Shown one piece after another: positions 13,655 to 25,609 of a stretch of 64,000 bases of DNA. Both the position numbers and the translations under genes were made by a program. The DNA lies in assembly GCA_043228905.1 (NCBI GenBank), contig JBHGNT010000007.1, positions 2,604,001 to 2,668,000 on the forward strand, read 5' to 3'. This DNA is from Azolla caroliniana. Its lineage: Eukaryota > Plantae > Polypodiophyta. Position 1 is the first letter of the stretch; every line of letters starts with the position of its first letter. The notes beneath the pieces were generated by a model. It had not been told where the DNA came from. It did not search any database and was given only the letters and a program-made list of their open reading frames with translations.

Positions 13655-13905
13655 TATCAAAATGGATTAGAGATATTGATTGAATTACTACACCAGCATG
13701 GATTACAGCCAATGATCATATAATCCAACCAACATGGATTAGAATAGTCGATCAAATGAACACGTCAACAAATTGAATCAAATGAGCAATCTGCATGGAT
13801 TAGACCCATCGATCAATTGAACGCATCAACATGGATTTAAACCCATGGATCAAATGAATACATCAACATTGATTATGCCCATAAATCAAATTAACATATC
13901 AACAA
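13655..13905. repeat. Degenerate ~35-bp minisatellite (about 7 units)
   Basis: Recurring atcaacatggattagacccatcgatcaaatgaac-like unit. Confidence 0.7.
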
Positions 13906-14285
13906 GAATTGGATTGAATCAACACTTCCTATTGATTGAATCAATATCTCAAGCATGGTCTAGAAATCTTTGATAGGTCTATTTTAATAATGCCACCCCA
14001 AATCCATTAACAAACAGAACATATGAAATGGGTTGCCAATTGTAGAAATATATTGATTCTAAACAATGAACAATTTGTGAGACTTATATATGTAACCTCA
14101 TGTTGGTGATCTCAGAATTAAGCTTTCAGTTTAAATGCATAAGCCTGAGCATTATCCCTCATCAGATTGAAATGGCCAAATCCTGACAAGCAAGGAATCT
14201 CATTTATATATACAGAAGAAGGGGAGGAAGAAGAAATCAGTTCATTTGGAGAAAATGAAGAAATGCCATGGATAGAGAATCATGA

Positions 14286-14325
<40 letters not shown>

Positions 14326-14397
14326 TGCGGATGCTCACTTCTGCAGGAGATGGAATGAATAGGAATTCGTCTTTCCTTTAATAAATAGTTGTGAAGA

Positions 14398-15096
14398 TCA
14401 TCGAAACCTCAACATGCTGCTTCTCGACTTTGCTTCACATCTGTGTGTATTATTATCATCATCATCAGAGGAGGAGGAGGAGGAGGAGGCGGCGGAAGGG
14501 GAAGCAATTGCAAAGCTTGAGTTTGTAGATTGTACAGAAACGCTGATTTCCTTCCTCTTTTTGTGGTTCACTTTCTTCGGCTGAGAAGAAGAATGAACTT
14601 GCTTATCGCCCCTGCATTCACCGTGAATTACATATGGCTCTCGCTCATTATGCAGATCTCTGATTTCTGAGCCCAGACCGTCAGAAACCCTGATTTCTTG
14701 CTCCACGGTCTCAGGATCCCCAGTTTCAGTGTGCGGAGATGTGCGAGATCTGAGACAAGACAATGTAACCGACTGAGAAGTAGCACCACACTTGAATCGT
14801 TTGCGTCTAAATCGAAGGGATGCAGCATGTGGATGCACATCTTTCTCCTCGGCGAAGATCTGGAGAGATTTCCGAGTTGAGATGGAGCTCGACAGGAGAA
14901 TGTGAGAAGTGACATCCTGAAGAGGAGACCGTGGGAAGAATCCCTGAGGCAAAGGGCTTCTTCCATTTCTCTGACAACAATCCATCGACGAGCCCTGAGT
15001 CTGGTACAATGGAAGGAACGGGCAAATGTTCTCCTTTCCAATCTCCATATCCATATCGACATCCATAGCCATAGCCATAGCCATAGCCATCTTCAT
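14398..15096 (-). CDS. UVI4/OSD1(GIGAS)-like APC/C inhibitor, paralogue 1 (232 aa, intronless)
   Basis: Motifs GKENICP, RSPLPQGFFPRSPLQDVT, RKRFK, KKRK and C-terminal SSMLRFR. Confidence 0.8.
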   Translation of the reverse strand: MKMAMAMAMAMDVDMDMEIGKENICPFLPLYQTQGSSMDCCQRNGRSPLPQGFFPRSPLQDVTSHILLSSSISTRKSLQIFAEEKDVHPHAASLRFRRKRFKCGATSQSVTLSCLRSRTSPHTETGDPETVEQEIRVSDGLGSEIRDLHNEREPYVIHGECRGDKQVHSSSQPKKVNHKKRKEISVSVQSTNSSFAIASPSAASSSSSSSDDDDNNTHRCEAKSRSSMLRFR

Positions 15097-15296
15097 CCTT
15101 ATTCTCTTGTCTGCCTCTGTGTGTTTGTTGCTGCAGGCTGTTAGAGATACAGAGACAGAGACATAGACGGAGCTACCGGAGCAGTGAGCTGCTGCTTATT
15201 CCTCCATATCTGCTGCTTATTACAATTTACGCCATAGCTGCCTACTTATTATTCACTCCATAGCTGCTGCTCTGTGAGTGATGTAGCAGAAAGAAA

Positions 15297-15363
15297 GCGC
15301 GAAAAGGCGTTTCCTTCTCCTTCCCTGTTTCTCTTTCTGTGGTCCAAATTTTGAAATTCAAAA
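15297..15363 (-). promoter_or_regulatory. E2F site plus CHR-like palindrome, paralogue 1
   Basis: GCGCGAAA at 15297-15304 (TTTCGCGC on the gene strand) and TTTTGAAATTCAAAA at 15349-15363. Confidence 0.75.
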
Positions 15364-15506
15364 GTCGAAAGTTTGTCCGCGAGATCTACTCTTGCACACT
15401 AAACGCTACTAATATAATAAATGCTCCAATATACCATTTCATGCCTATTTTGGTAGTTACCCCTAAATTTGGAGCCATTTTTGGACATGTAATGATGTAT
15501 CACCGG

Positions 15507-15528
15507 TATGTGTATGTGTATGTGTGTA

Positions 15529-15621
<93 letters not shown>

Positions 15622-15895
15622 GTGTCCGTGTACGTGTATGTGTCCGTGTATGTGCATGTGTGTGTGTGTGTGTGTATTTGTATTTGTATCTGTATCTATA
15701 TTTGTATTTGTATCTGTATCTGTATCTATATCTATATCTATATCTATATCTATATCTATATCTATATCTATATGTGTATGTGAATGTGTACATGTACGTG
15801 TATGTGTATGTGTATGTGCATGTGTCTGTGTAGATGTATGTGTAGGTGTCGGTGTCAGTGTCAGTGTCTATGTACTTGTACATGTATATGTGTGT
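15507..15895. repeat. Compound microsatellite (TGTATG)n/(TG)n/(TATATC)n
   Basis: Read directly. It produces spurious low-complexity ORFs. Confidence 0.95.
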
Positions 15896-17289
15896 AAATA
15901 AACTATCTATACTAGTGTTTTTGAAGGTGCCTCTGGTCTACAAGCATGTTCCATAGTCACGTGATCTTATCGAGTCACTTGATGGTAACAATACTTCTTG
16001 CTCTGTTGTCTTTCACATAGCGGTAGCATTCGCCACGAATAAATTCACACTATTTATCATGCGCTCAATTATGATCAAACAATCTGCAAAATGTACACTA
16101 TGTATAGCAACTTTATGAGTAGATATACCTACAAAACAAAATGCCTCAGTAGGTGGCATGAGCTATTTAATGAACCGCAATTTAGTGATAGTATCCCAAA
16201 TTTCTCTATATGTGCTGCATAGAACTGAGGCTGGCATGGTGCATTGGCAAAGAATAAATAAGGCAATCGATGCATTACTCTACATAAATATCGAAGTTAA
16301 TTTGAACATTGAGATTGAGCAAATAAACATAAAGGTCATTAATAAACCCCAAGGAATGCTTGATTATCAATGAAAGCAAATTTAAATGGTTTGAACTCTA
16401 CACATCTATAACCTCAAAGGGCTAAGACTTCATTGCAACAATGTTCTAAGGTCGAGATTATCTCATGTAATCCTCCAAGGGCACGTTATAGAAAGACCCC
16501 AACCTACAATTCCAAGATAGAGATGAATGGTGCAAGCATTAGTCATTTCAAAATTAGACAATATGTTTTTCTAAGGACACTAACCAACATTTGGAACAAT
16601 GCTATAAGGAAAATTGTTTCATCAAGAATATGAAGTGTGACAATCAAACAACTCATGTGCCTTCGACATAACAACGAACATTCCCAATACAAAAGGTGTG
16701 ACAAACACACAACTCAAATTGCATCCCATTCATTGAATGATTGAAAAGGGGTAGTTTGGATATTATGAAAACCACCAAGCAATATGAGCAAGTAAAACTA
16801 TGCCTTTACGCCTAGGATTCAATGAGGTTGTTTCTAGATTACAAAAAACTACTGCAATTGATGACCTACACATAATTCTCCAATATAGCAAGAATTACCC
16901 AAGATATAACATTTCCATATCAATATGGGTGTAGGATTCAAATGATGGGTAGATCGGATAATGCCAAATGACAAAATATGTGATCGATAATGCCAAGGAC
17001 ATACAAGAAGAGTGTTCGTGTCAAAACCCACAATATGATTAGGCAATGGATGAAGCAAGACATGAAAACACATTGATTTGTTATCATTGTATTTGATTCA
17101 TTTGGATTGAAATTCCTCAGGTTAGGTTCGAATGTGTGTACAGAATAATTTTGGAGCAGATGAAATGCTCCATGAATGGAATCAAGAGTCATGGAGAAGA
17201 TGACCAATACATAGAATGAGACAGAGACAGAGACAGAGACAGAGAGTGATGCAAATAAAGAATTCCGTTGACAGGACGAAATTCAGATT

Positions 17290-17985
17290 TCAGCGGAACT
17301 TCAAAACACTGCTTCTTACTTTTGCTCCAGATCTCAGCATGGTATTGCTCGAAGACGCCATAGGTGAGCTTGAATTTGCAGATTGTACAGAACCAGTGAG
17401 ACGCTTCCTCTTCTTGCTGATCATCTTCATCTGTGGCGGAGTAGAAGGTGAAATTTTGTCCAATGCTTCTTGATCAATTAGATCGGATGAAGCGGATGAA
17501 GGCATCACCAGCAAAGAAGAAGAAGAAGAAGCGGCTTCACCATCTGGTCTGCGTTCTGTGTGAATTATATCCAGTTCACTACGACGATGTAGACACGGCA
17601 TAACCTCACTTCCATTCTGCAGAGATGAACATAGCTTGACATCTGAGCACGAGGACAGGGAATCTGCATCAGGCTTGAAGCGTTTGCCACTCGATCTAAG
17701 TGAAGGAGCACTCGAGTCCAATCTAAGGTCATCAGAGGAGCTCTGAAGGCAGTGCAGACACGAAGCTTCAGCGTTCAGAAGGGAGGGCGGGTCAGGGAAG
17801 AGAACATGATGAGTGATGTCTTGGAGAGGAGATCGGGGGAATCCATACGGCAAAGGGCTTCTCCTTCGTCTTCTCTCGAAAGATTGCTTTGATAGGCTCT
17901 GAGACTGACACAATTGAGCGAAGGGGCAGATGTTCTCCTTTCCGAGATCCATGGCCATGGTGGGAACAGGCACATCCATCTTCAT
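17290..17985 (-). CDS. UVI4/OSD1-like APC/C inhibitor, paralogue 2 (~231 aa)
   Basis: MKMDVPVPTMAMDLGKENICP, RSPLPYGFPRSPLQDITHH, KRFK, KKRK and tail SSVLKFR. The start was placed at 17985 by alignment to the paralogues. Confidence 0.8.
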   Translation of the reverse strand: MKMDVPVPTMAMDLGKENICPFAQLCQSQSLSKQSFERRRRRSPLPYGFPRSPLQDITHHVLFPDPPSLLNAEASCLHCLQSSSDDLRLDSSAPSLRSSGKRFKPDADSLSSCSDVKLCSSLQNGSEVMPCLHRRSELDIIHTERRPDGEAASSSSSLLVMPSSASSDLIDQEALDKISPSTPPQMKMISKKRKRLTGSVQSANSSSPMASSSNTMLRSGAKVRSSVLKFR

Positions 17986-18158
17986 GCTCTTTCTGGGATT
18001 GACAGAATGTGGGGGAGAATTGAGAAGGCGAGGGAAGAAGAAGAAGATGATTATGATGAAGAAGAAAACAGATACAGAGAAATGGCGGGGTGGGGGAGGG
18101 ATCGAAGGACTGTGCAGAGAGGGATGGAGGAGCTGCTGATAAAATAGAGAAGGAAGAA

Positions 18159-18221
18159 GCGCGAAAGCAGAGCAGAGTTTTCGTTTGGATTCATTTTTTT
18201 TGGAGGTTTTGAAATTCAAAA
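18159..18221 (-). promoter_or_regulatory. E2F site plus CHR-like palindrome, paralogue 2
   Basis: GCGCGAAA at 18159-18166 and TTTTGAAATTCAAAA at 18207-18221. Confidence 0.75.
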
Positions 18222-18449
18222 CCAAAAGAAAGAAACACCACATTTGGATGAATTAGAGTACATACATACATGCATACATTAACATACATAAATATGAGTG
18301 TAAGTATGTACATACATAAGTAGTTCTGCTTCAAAATTTGGACATCATTTCTTACATACATACATACATACACATATACATGCATACATAAATGTGAGGA
18401 CAAAGTATGTAAGTAGTTCTACCTCCAAATTTGGACACCTTTTCCTCGA

Positions 18450-18669
18450 GCCAAACCCAAACTGGTTAAAGGCTTAATCAGTTTAGCCAAACTGGTTGCT
18501 CAACTAGTTTAGGCTTCACCGATTTGGGCAAACCGGTCACCGCCTTAACAAACTTTAGGAACGAGTTCGGCTCAAGTTTGAAAACTTCCAAACTAGTTAA
18601 GGCTTAAACGGTTTGGTTCGGACAAGGCCAAACCGGTTAAAGCCGAAACCAAACCGTTCTTGATTCCTA
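18450..18669 (-). mobile_element. Probable terminal fragment of a DNA transposon (hAT-like)
   Basis: Clustered AAACCGG/AAACTGG/AAACGG subterminal motifs ending in ...ccgttcttgattccta (TAGG start on minus). Confidence 0.45.
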
Positions 18670-20767
18670 TATGTGTCCACCACAGAAGTCACATCTCATG
18701 GGTATGTACATCTCATCATGGGTTGAGGTGTTTATGACATGGCCAACTCATGACTGAAAGTACACGAGCTTCAGGAGGTCCTTAAAACAAAATCCCCAAA
18801 AGAAACATTTGAGAGAGCGATCACTTGTATAGAAGATAATGATGTTGTCAAACGTTTTTTCAAATTTTCATAAATAGAGTTGTATTAATTACAAAAAGGA
18901 AAACAATTGCAAATCAAAGACAAATTACCTTGAGATCTCAATGAAAATCTTATAGACTCAAGAGATTGTAGGCCAAAAAGGCCAAACATGAAAGGCAATA
19001 TATATGTATAGGATGTGCTACCAACTCACATACATATTTGGATCTCCTTTGGCAATAATACCCTTGAAGTTTCCGAGAACAAGAACTACCAAATTAACTG
19101 ACCTTTCCATTGCCTTTATAACCATTTGCACCCCAATATGTGCCTCAAATATGAAGGACAAACATGTAAGTACTAAGGACATATGACATGTGGTAGTTTG
19201 GGAGAGCCTTAGGTATTGGGATACATAAAGAAGACTAGCAAACCTCTTCATTATGACATCTTGTGACATTGTTGAGACTTTATCAATGAGACAACGCTAT
19301 TCTCTTTCGTACCCATCCATATCAACATCCATATGGCAATATTTGGTGGTATAGGACACTACCAACATTTGATTCATCTCTTTCCATCACTCAAGAGTGA
19401 TTCGTGTGGTGAAGCACCCTTAACCCAATATTTTCTTAATTTAAATGTTCTTTGTTTATCATTGGTATTTGATTCATAACATAAGCCCTCAATCAAGACA
19501 AACATCTTAGCTCTAATTGGAAGGTGGCACTACCAGCCAATCTCTACCACATGTTGTCACCATGCTTTGACCTTATCATCCCAATTCTCTCATAATCCTC
19601 TATGGCAATCTATGCTATCCACTCCCACGTGTAATTTAACTTAATATAGATGCCATTTGTTTTTACTTTGTCAGATACACCAATTTCCCACAAATGGGGC
19701 CAATTAACCTCAAGCAAAGGCTTAAAGAATTTTGCAAACAATTGTAACACTTGTTTATAACTAATGAAAGGATATGTTCAGGAGAAAAAAAACTGTTGTG
19801 TTTGTTGATGAGGGGAATGTTTCCTACCTTGACACACATAAGTGGGTTCCTAATCCTTAATATATGTAATGAGAAGCTTTATTCTTGATAAGGCTTTAAA
19901 AACCAGCCAAATCATTCAACCTTGTCCATTAAGGGGTGGTTGTGCTTCCAATCAAATTCCTTCATGCTTTTTATCAAATAATAGCTAAATTCGAAAACAT
20001 TGCTTTTGGCTTATGCCTTAAATGACCTCGAGGTCACAATTTTGATAAAAGTCTAAAATAAAGCCAATGTTTTATTTATCTCCACAATCAAGGAAACATT
20101 TTTTGTTATTTACAACTTTGGTTCTCAACAATTACATAGGGCCACAGTTTGTTTCCATGTTGCTCAATCAAATGTGGTGCCTAAACAAACTTACGGCCCT
20201 TTCACAAATTTTCAAAGTACATATCATGGAGAGAATTAACAAATTCAACAAAAGAGCAAATGTTTATAGAGTCATTCATCAAGATTTTTTGACATTGAAC
20301 AAAACATCAAACCCATCAAGATAGCCATGACCTATCTTATAACTATACCACCATGTGTGCTCATTTGGAATAAGAACTTGTTTAATCACAATGCTTAATT
20401 CAATCATGCTAAGTACAAGGATTGTTAGGCTTCAATCAATTTACATATCAATGCACGTGAGATTGAGCAAATAGACTGAGACCACATAATCTATCAAGAA
20501 CATTCATTTGCACTCTTAAAATTAGGTTTTGAATCATTTAAGACACCTATACAATTAAAACATGTAAGCTTAAGAATATTTCTGCTCATTAAGTTGATGA
20601 ATAAGATAGATATTTCTCAGGGTAATGTTAAACCCCTGCATTGCATAGGATCTCAGATTTAAGATTCCATTCATGCAATTAGGGTCATCAAGAATATGAC
20701 CACTACAGAGAGATGTGGAATGAACCATGAAGTAAAAAATCATCTTTGACGGATCGTAGCCAGATCT

Positions 20768-21394
20768 TTAGCGAAACTTCAAGACATTGCTTCTTGGCTT
20801 TGCTTCAGATCTCGGCGTATTGTTGTTAGCATTTGAGGAAGCTACTATGGAAAAGCTTGAATTTGCCGATTTCACAGAGGAACTAATTTGCTTCCTTTTC
20901 GTACTCAACACATTTTCTTTTACATCAGAAGATGGAGATGAAGAATCCCGCGTAAGTGCAGAAGAAGAAGAAGATTGACTCAGGTTGCTGGTATATCCTT
21001 TAATTACTTTATGTTCGCTTTCACGATCCCTGCAAGAACTAATCCTAATTCCAGTCTGCAAAGACGGGAAGGGTTCGAGACACGTACACGAGCTTGACTG
21101 AGGAGAGTCTATGGACTTGAATCGCTTGATTCCACACTGCGAAGAAATTGCTTGCGTGATCGGATGCTTCTCATCAGAGAAGATCTGCAGACAATTCAGA
21201 GCGACGGGACTGGTAAGAATGTGATGAGTGATATCTTGGAGAGGAGATCGCGGGAATCCGTGGGGCAACGGACTCCTTCTGCTGCTGTGGGGCGACTCCA
21301 TTGGAATGCTCTGAAGATGAGTCTTGGATTGGGGCAAATGAGACAACGGGCAGATGTTCTCTTTTCCGAGGTCCATCGCCACAGCTGCAGACAT
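20768..21394 (-). CDS. UVI4/OSD1-like APC/C inhibitor, paralogue 3 (208 aa)
   Basis: AMDLGKENICP, RSPLPHGFPRSPLQDITHH, KRFK, KRK and tail SNVLKFR. Confidence 0.8.
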   Translation of the reverse strand: MSAAVAMDLGKENICPLSHLPQSKTHLQSIPMESPHSSRRSPLPHGFPRSPLQDITHHILTSPVALNCLQIFSDEKHPITQAISSQCGIKRFKSIDSPQSSSCTCLEPFPSLQTGIRISSCRDRESEHKVIKGYTSNLSQSSSSSALTRDSSSPSSDVKENVLSTKRKQISSSVKSANSSFSIVASSNANNNTPRSEAKPRSNVLKFR

Positions 21395-21561
21395 ATTTCT
21401 TCTACAGCTCTCTCCCTCGCTCTCTCTCTCTCTGACAATTGTGAGAGAAGAAGAGAAATGCAGAGAAGGAGAGAGAGTGTATATGTGTGAGCTGCTGCTG
21501 CTTAGATTTCCATGGCTGCCTGCACAGAGAAAGCTCCTGTTGAAATAGATGAAGAAAGAAG

Positions 21562-21596
21562 GCGCGAAAAACGTTCTGGTGGTTCGAAATTCAAAA
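21562..21596 (-). promoter_or_regulatory. E2F site plus CHR-like element, paralogue 3
   Basis: GCGCGAAA at 21562-21569 and TTCGAAATTCAAAA at 21583-21596. Confidence 0.75.
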
Positions 21597-24500
21597 AGAA
21601 AAGAGAACCAATAAGAAGAAGAAGAAGAAAAATGAATGTGTTTTTCTTCTTCGTTTAATCAAAAAAATAAAAATAAAAATATGTATTAACTGCAGACACT
21701 TTTGGGGGGTTAGTTGCCTCTAAATTTGGAGGCATTTTTGGACACCAAATAAAAAGAGCCCCCAAACAAATTTCACCAAAAAAATGATTCAAATGGCTCT
21801 TTTCTCTCCAGTTCATAAATTATAATCGTAAAGACGATGAATATACATATGTATATGTACATAATAACTGAGACCATCAAACACAACTCTGGTTTCACAC
21901 ACCAAGACCGTGTCCCGGGTTTTTGTCATCGTAGTTGCAAAACTGATTTCCTGGTCGTAGTTGCAAACTTGCAAGTTGCAAGTAATTGAGACGCATGTTT
22001 TTGTTCTTGATTTGCGTGCTAGACGTCTTATTGAACCATTCTTGCTTGTTCCTCCCACCAGCCCACGACTGGACTCCAACCGGCTTATGACAACTTGAAA
22101 AGAAATTGCAGTAATCTTGGATAAGAAACCTACTGCAATGAAATGGGATCCCCATAAACATACCACTAGATTGAGCACTAAACAAAGTGAATTCATATCC
22201 AATGAAAGTCTTTGTTGATTCTTCGACTGCTAGAAATAAATGATGGAAATTTATCATTATGTTTTCGACCATTTTGAATGTAGGGTCATTGTTTTCACAT
22301 CCTTTACTCGATGATGATTAATACCCACCACTACTACTCACATTGCCCACAATAGAGTGTGTGCTTGCCCAATCTTGTTGTTCTGGTGTGGCATGTACTA
22401 AAGGAGAAAAACATGATAATGTTAGGTTCCAATTATCATGAGAAGTAAAAAAATGATAGAACAAAGTAATAACAATCGATAGCTCAAACGGTGTGTTAGG
22501 CACTTTTATAACAACAAAAGGGTTTGGGGTTTGGTACCCATTAAAGACAAACTCAAAGAAATAGAAAAGCTCTAATGAGTGATGACAATTGAAGTGTGTG
22601 CGGCATGCACGTTTGATCAAAGCACACATCCTTGCAAAGGTGAGGATATGCCACACATTTACATACATATACAAACATTAGTAATAACACACATATTTGT
22701 GACAATCCTATCTTCCGTCTTTCAAAACCCTTGGGAATCCCACTCAAACTCACACCCCTATCGCAAATTCTTGCGACATTGCAACAATCTAACACGAGGA
22801 AATTCAATTTTTTATGGCATTGACCACACAATATATTACACGTGCACGTAGATTGGATTGATGCATGAGCAAGCCATCACAATCACCAAAAGTGTTCTCT
22901 TATATATTCAATCATTGATTATTATTATAATACTATAGGAAAGCAAGATTATACATAGTGACACAATGTACATGCATGTATACACGATTATAGACAATTA
23001 TGCTACATTGTGGCTTGCTTACACATGCTTATCTAAAATTTACAGAAATATATTCTAGTAGACATTATTCATATCTTATGATGTTCGTATTAACTCACAC
23101 TGACTACTTTACTCACAATGTTATCCATTTAAACTAATATACTTGACAAACATAGCCACACTCAAGAGCAAACGAGTTATTATCCTTCAACATAATTCAA
23201 AAACATTTGAATGATCGATTGAGATTCGTAAATGATAAGCTTTGGAAACCCTACAACTAATAAATGCATGTATCTATTCAAACATTTGGAGTTTGAGTAT
23301 AGTTCACACACAATCTTTATTTTTCATATTGAGACAATGACATTCAAGCACTTGAACCAATTTGAATAAGATATGGTTTATTGTTTCCATGTGTTATGGG
23401 CGAGTTTGGAGGTTCGTTATGAGCCAATGTTTATCAACATTGTTTATAACAACGATTTCCCAGTTTCTTTTTTATGTGACATTTGAATCCATCGCCTTGT
23501 ACCATATGTCATCTAGTTTTACTATACCTCCTCTTGTATTATAAAACCAAGAATCAACTCCATTGCAAACCTTCACCCGCAATAATTGATGTTTCGCATG
23601 AATAATTTCAAAATAATATCAATTATTTTATTGATAAGGTGATCATTTAGGAATAAGGCCAAGTGCTTGCCCTTCTCCATGCTAAATTCTAATATGTAAT
23701 TACTAATAACATAAACATCTTGCATGATTATTGAGGTATTGTATCCTAGTCTAAGGTTGGGACATGTATATAAACCTTACCTTCTACATACACTGATGTG
23801 GTAGACATGATTGACCTTCGGTTTTGATGATTGGTTTCCCTCTAGATTTGAAATTTACATTGGTCTCTTACATGCTACCATAACTCGAAACAATATTTCA
23901 ACTCAGCTCTGGAATTCCCTTATTGTTCAATGTTTCCCATGTTTTGCTCGTCTATATTCCAATGGATGAAGTATTAAAGCATTGCCATGTGGCTAAAATA
24001 AATTCGTGTCTTTCCAAGCCAATTGCTCTTTAAAAGAAAGGGAGCGTGTGTAAATCTAATGTCAAAATATGATAAATAATCTCTTTTAACTGCACTTCAA
24101 GTTGAGAGAAATGAAAGACCTAAATGGCGTGAATTTTTGCTCTTTTTGGATAATCAATGTTCTTGCCATTGTTTACCAAGGCCTCCATTTGAAGTGTATA
24201 ACACTTCTCCTTTTTACCTTCTCATGTTGGTCGAGCATATCCATAAAAAGTTACAAGGAATTCGAAACCCAACAAATTTTTCCATCTCTTTGCCCTTGAT
24301 GGCTCCATTAAATTCTATACTTACTAACTTTTTGGTGTCTCTACATACACAATATATATATATATATATACATATATGTATAAATGTAGATGAGATTATG
24401 ATTGTTGGAACATGTATAAATATTGATATTATATGCATCCAAAATGTGACCACTTTCTTTTATCAAACACTTATTAACTAGTAGTGGTAACAATTCATTG

Positions 24501-25311
24501 GCAAATGGTAAAAGTAACATCCACCTTTCAAAGGTGATATTCTCATCAATCAATACACAATGTTACAAGGCCATCAGACACCCGTGTTGCTTTATGGACT
24601 CCATGACACCCTCACACTCTTTTTTATCAATACAATATGCAATACAACCCCAATTCTAACTATTTTGTTTTCTTTGATGATGTCAACAAATTATGTATGT
24701 TTAGCTTTTACCTTAGGTGTTCTCTCTAAATCTCTCGAGTTAGTTTATGCATCATGTGTGAGCTAGGGCACACCTCGTTGTACTTATCGCTTGAGAGGTC
24801 GGGAGAAATCTCAAATCACATGTTCAAGAGAATCACAAACTAGGTAGTTGTACCAAATCGATCTCCCCTAGCACTACACCAATGTATGACCAATTACTAT
24901 TGGAATATAGTGTACAATCACACAACGTAACCTAGATGGACATCACGTTGCCAAGCAAGACACATCGCCGATAAGTGCGTGGACAACGTGATGTGAAGGC
25001 TGCATTCTTGTTGCGAAACACAAACATATATGAGATTGGCGAAGCAACAGGGGAATTAGGCCCTTGTAAAATTAATGCTTCTCGTGAGAGAGGGCAGATT
25101 GTATTGTCCGAGGGGGGGGGGGGTGGTCATGGGTTCAAATCAAACCCTACACTCCATAGTGGCATATAGTAGTAAATTAAGTGGATATATGTATGGAGTA
25201 ATAAAGAGATGAGAAAACTCGGATTCGAACCCAAGACCTTTACAATAGAGAGAGAGAGAGAGCCCTGAGATCTCATCTCAAAATTTGAACGGGAAAAAAA
25301 GAAGAAGAGGA

Positions 25312-25450
25312 TTTGAATTTCGAGCGACCAAAATATATTTTGAATTTCGAATTTCAGCGAAAAACAAAACCCAAACAATCTTTCGCGCGATCTTCTTCTT
25401 CTTCTTCTTCTTCTCCTTTTAACAGACCTTCTCAGCGATGGCGATATAAA
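25312..25450 (+). promoter_or_regulatory. CHR-like elements, E2F site and TATA box, paralogue 4
   Basis: TTTGAATTTCGA at 25312, TTTTGAATTTCGAA at 25338-25351, TTTCGCGC at 25381-25388 and TATAAA at 25445-25450. Confidence 0.75.
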
Positions 25451-25609
25451 CAAGCAAGCTCACTCACACAGCCTCAGCCACTCTCTCTCTCTCTCTCTCT
25501 CTCACTCTCTCTGTGTATCTTCTTTCATCCTGTGCTTCTTCAATACTCGCCGAAACATCTTCTTCTCAAATTCTCTTCACATTAGCCTTGCTCACCAGTC
25601 CAATTGAAG

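Noticed and set aside
15339-15901. Long ORFs of CV/YL/HI/MC dipeptides
   Set aside because: They are translations of a compound microsatellite.
17986-18243. N-terminal extension of the 317-aa ORF
   Set aside because: It starts at a non-ATG codon, runs through the CT-rich UTR and the E2F/CHR promoter, and has no counterpart in the paralogues.
18450-18669. MSA (AACGG) mitotic enhancer cluster for paralogue 2
   Set aside because: Most motifs are AACCGG/AACTGG and are absent from the other paralogues. They look like transposon subterminal repeats.
21813-22850. Cys-rich ORF fragments, possibly a decayed transposase
   Set aside because: No diagnostic motif was recognisable. The same applies to 11700-13260, 16300-17200, 19000-20450 and 23400-24600.
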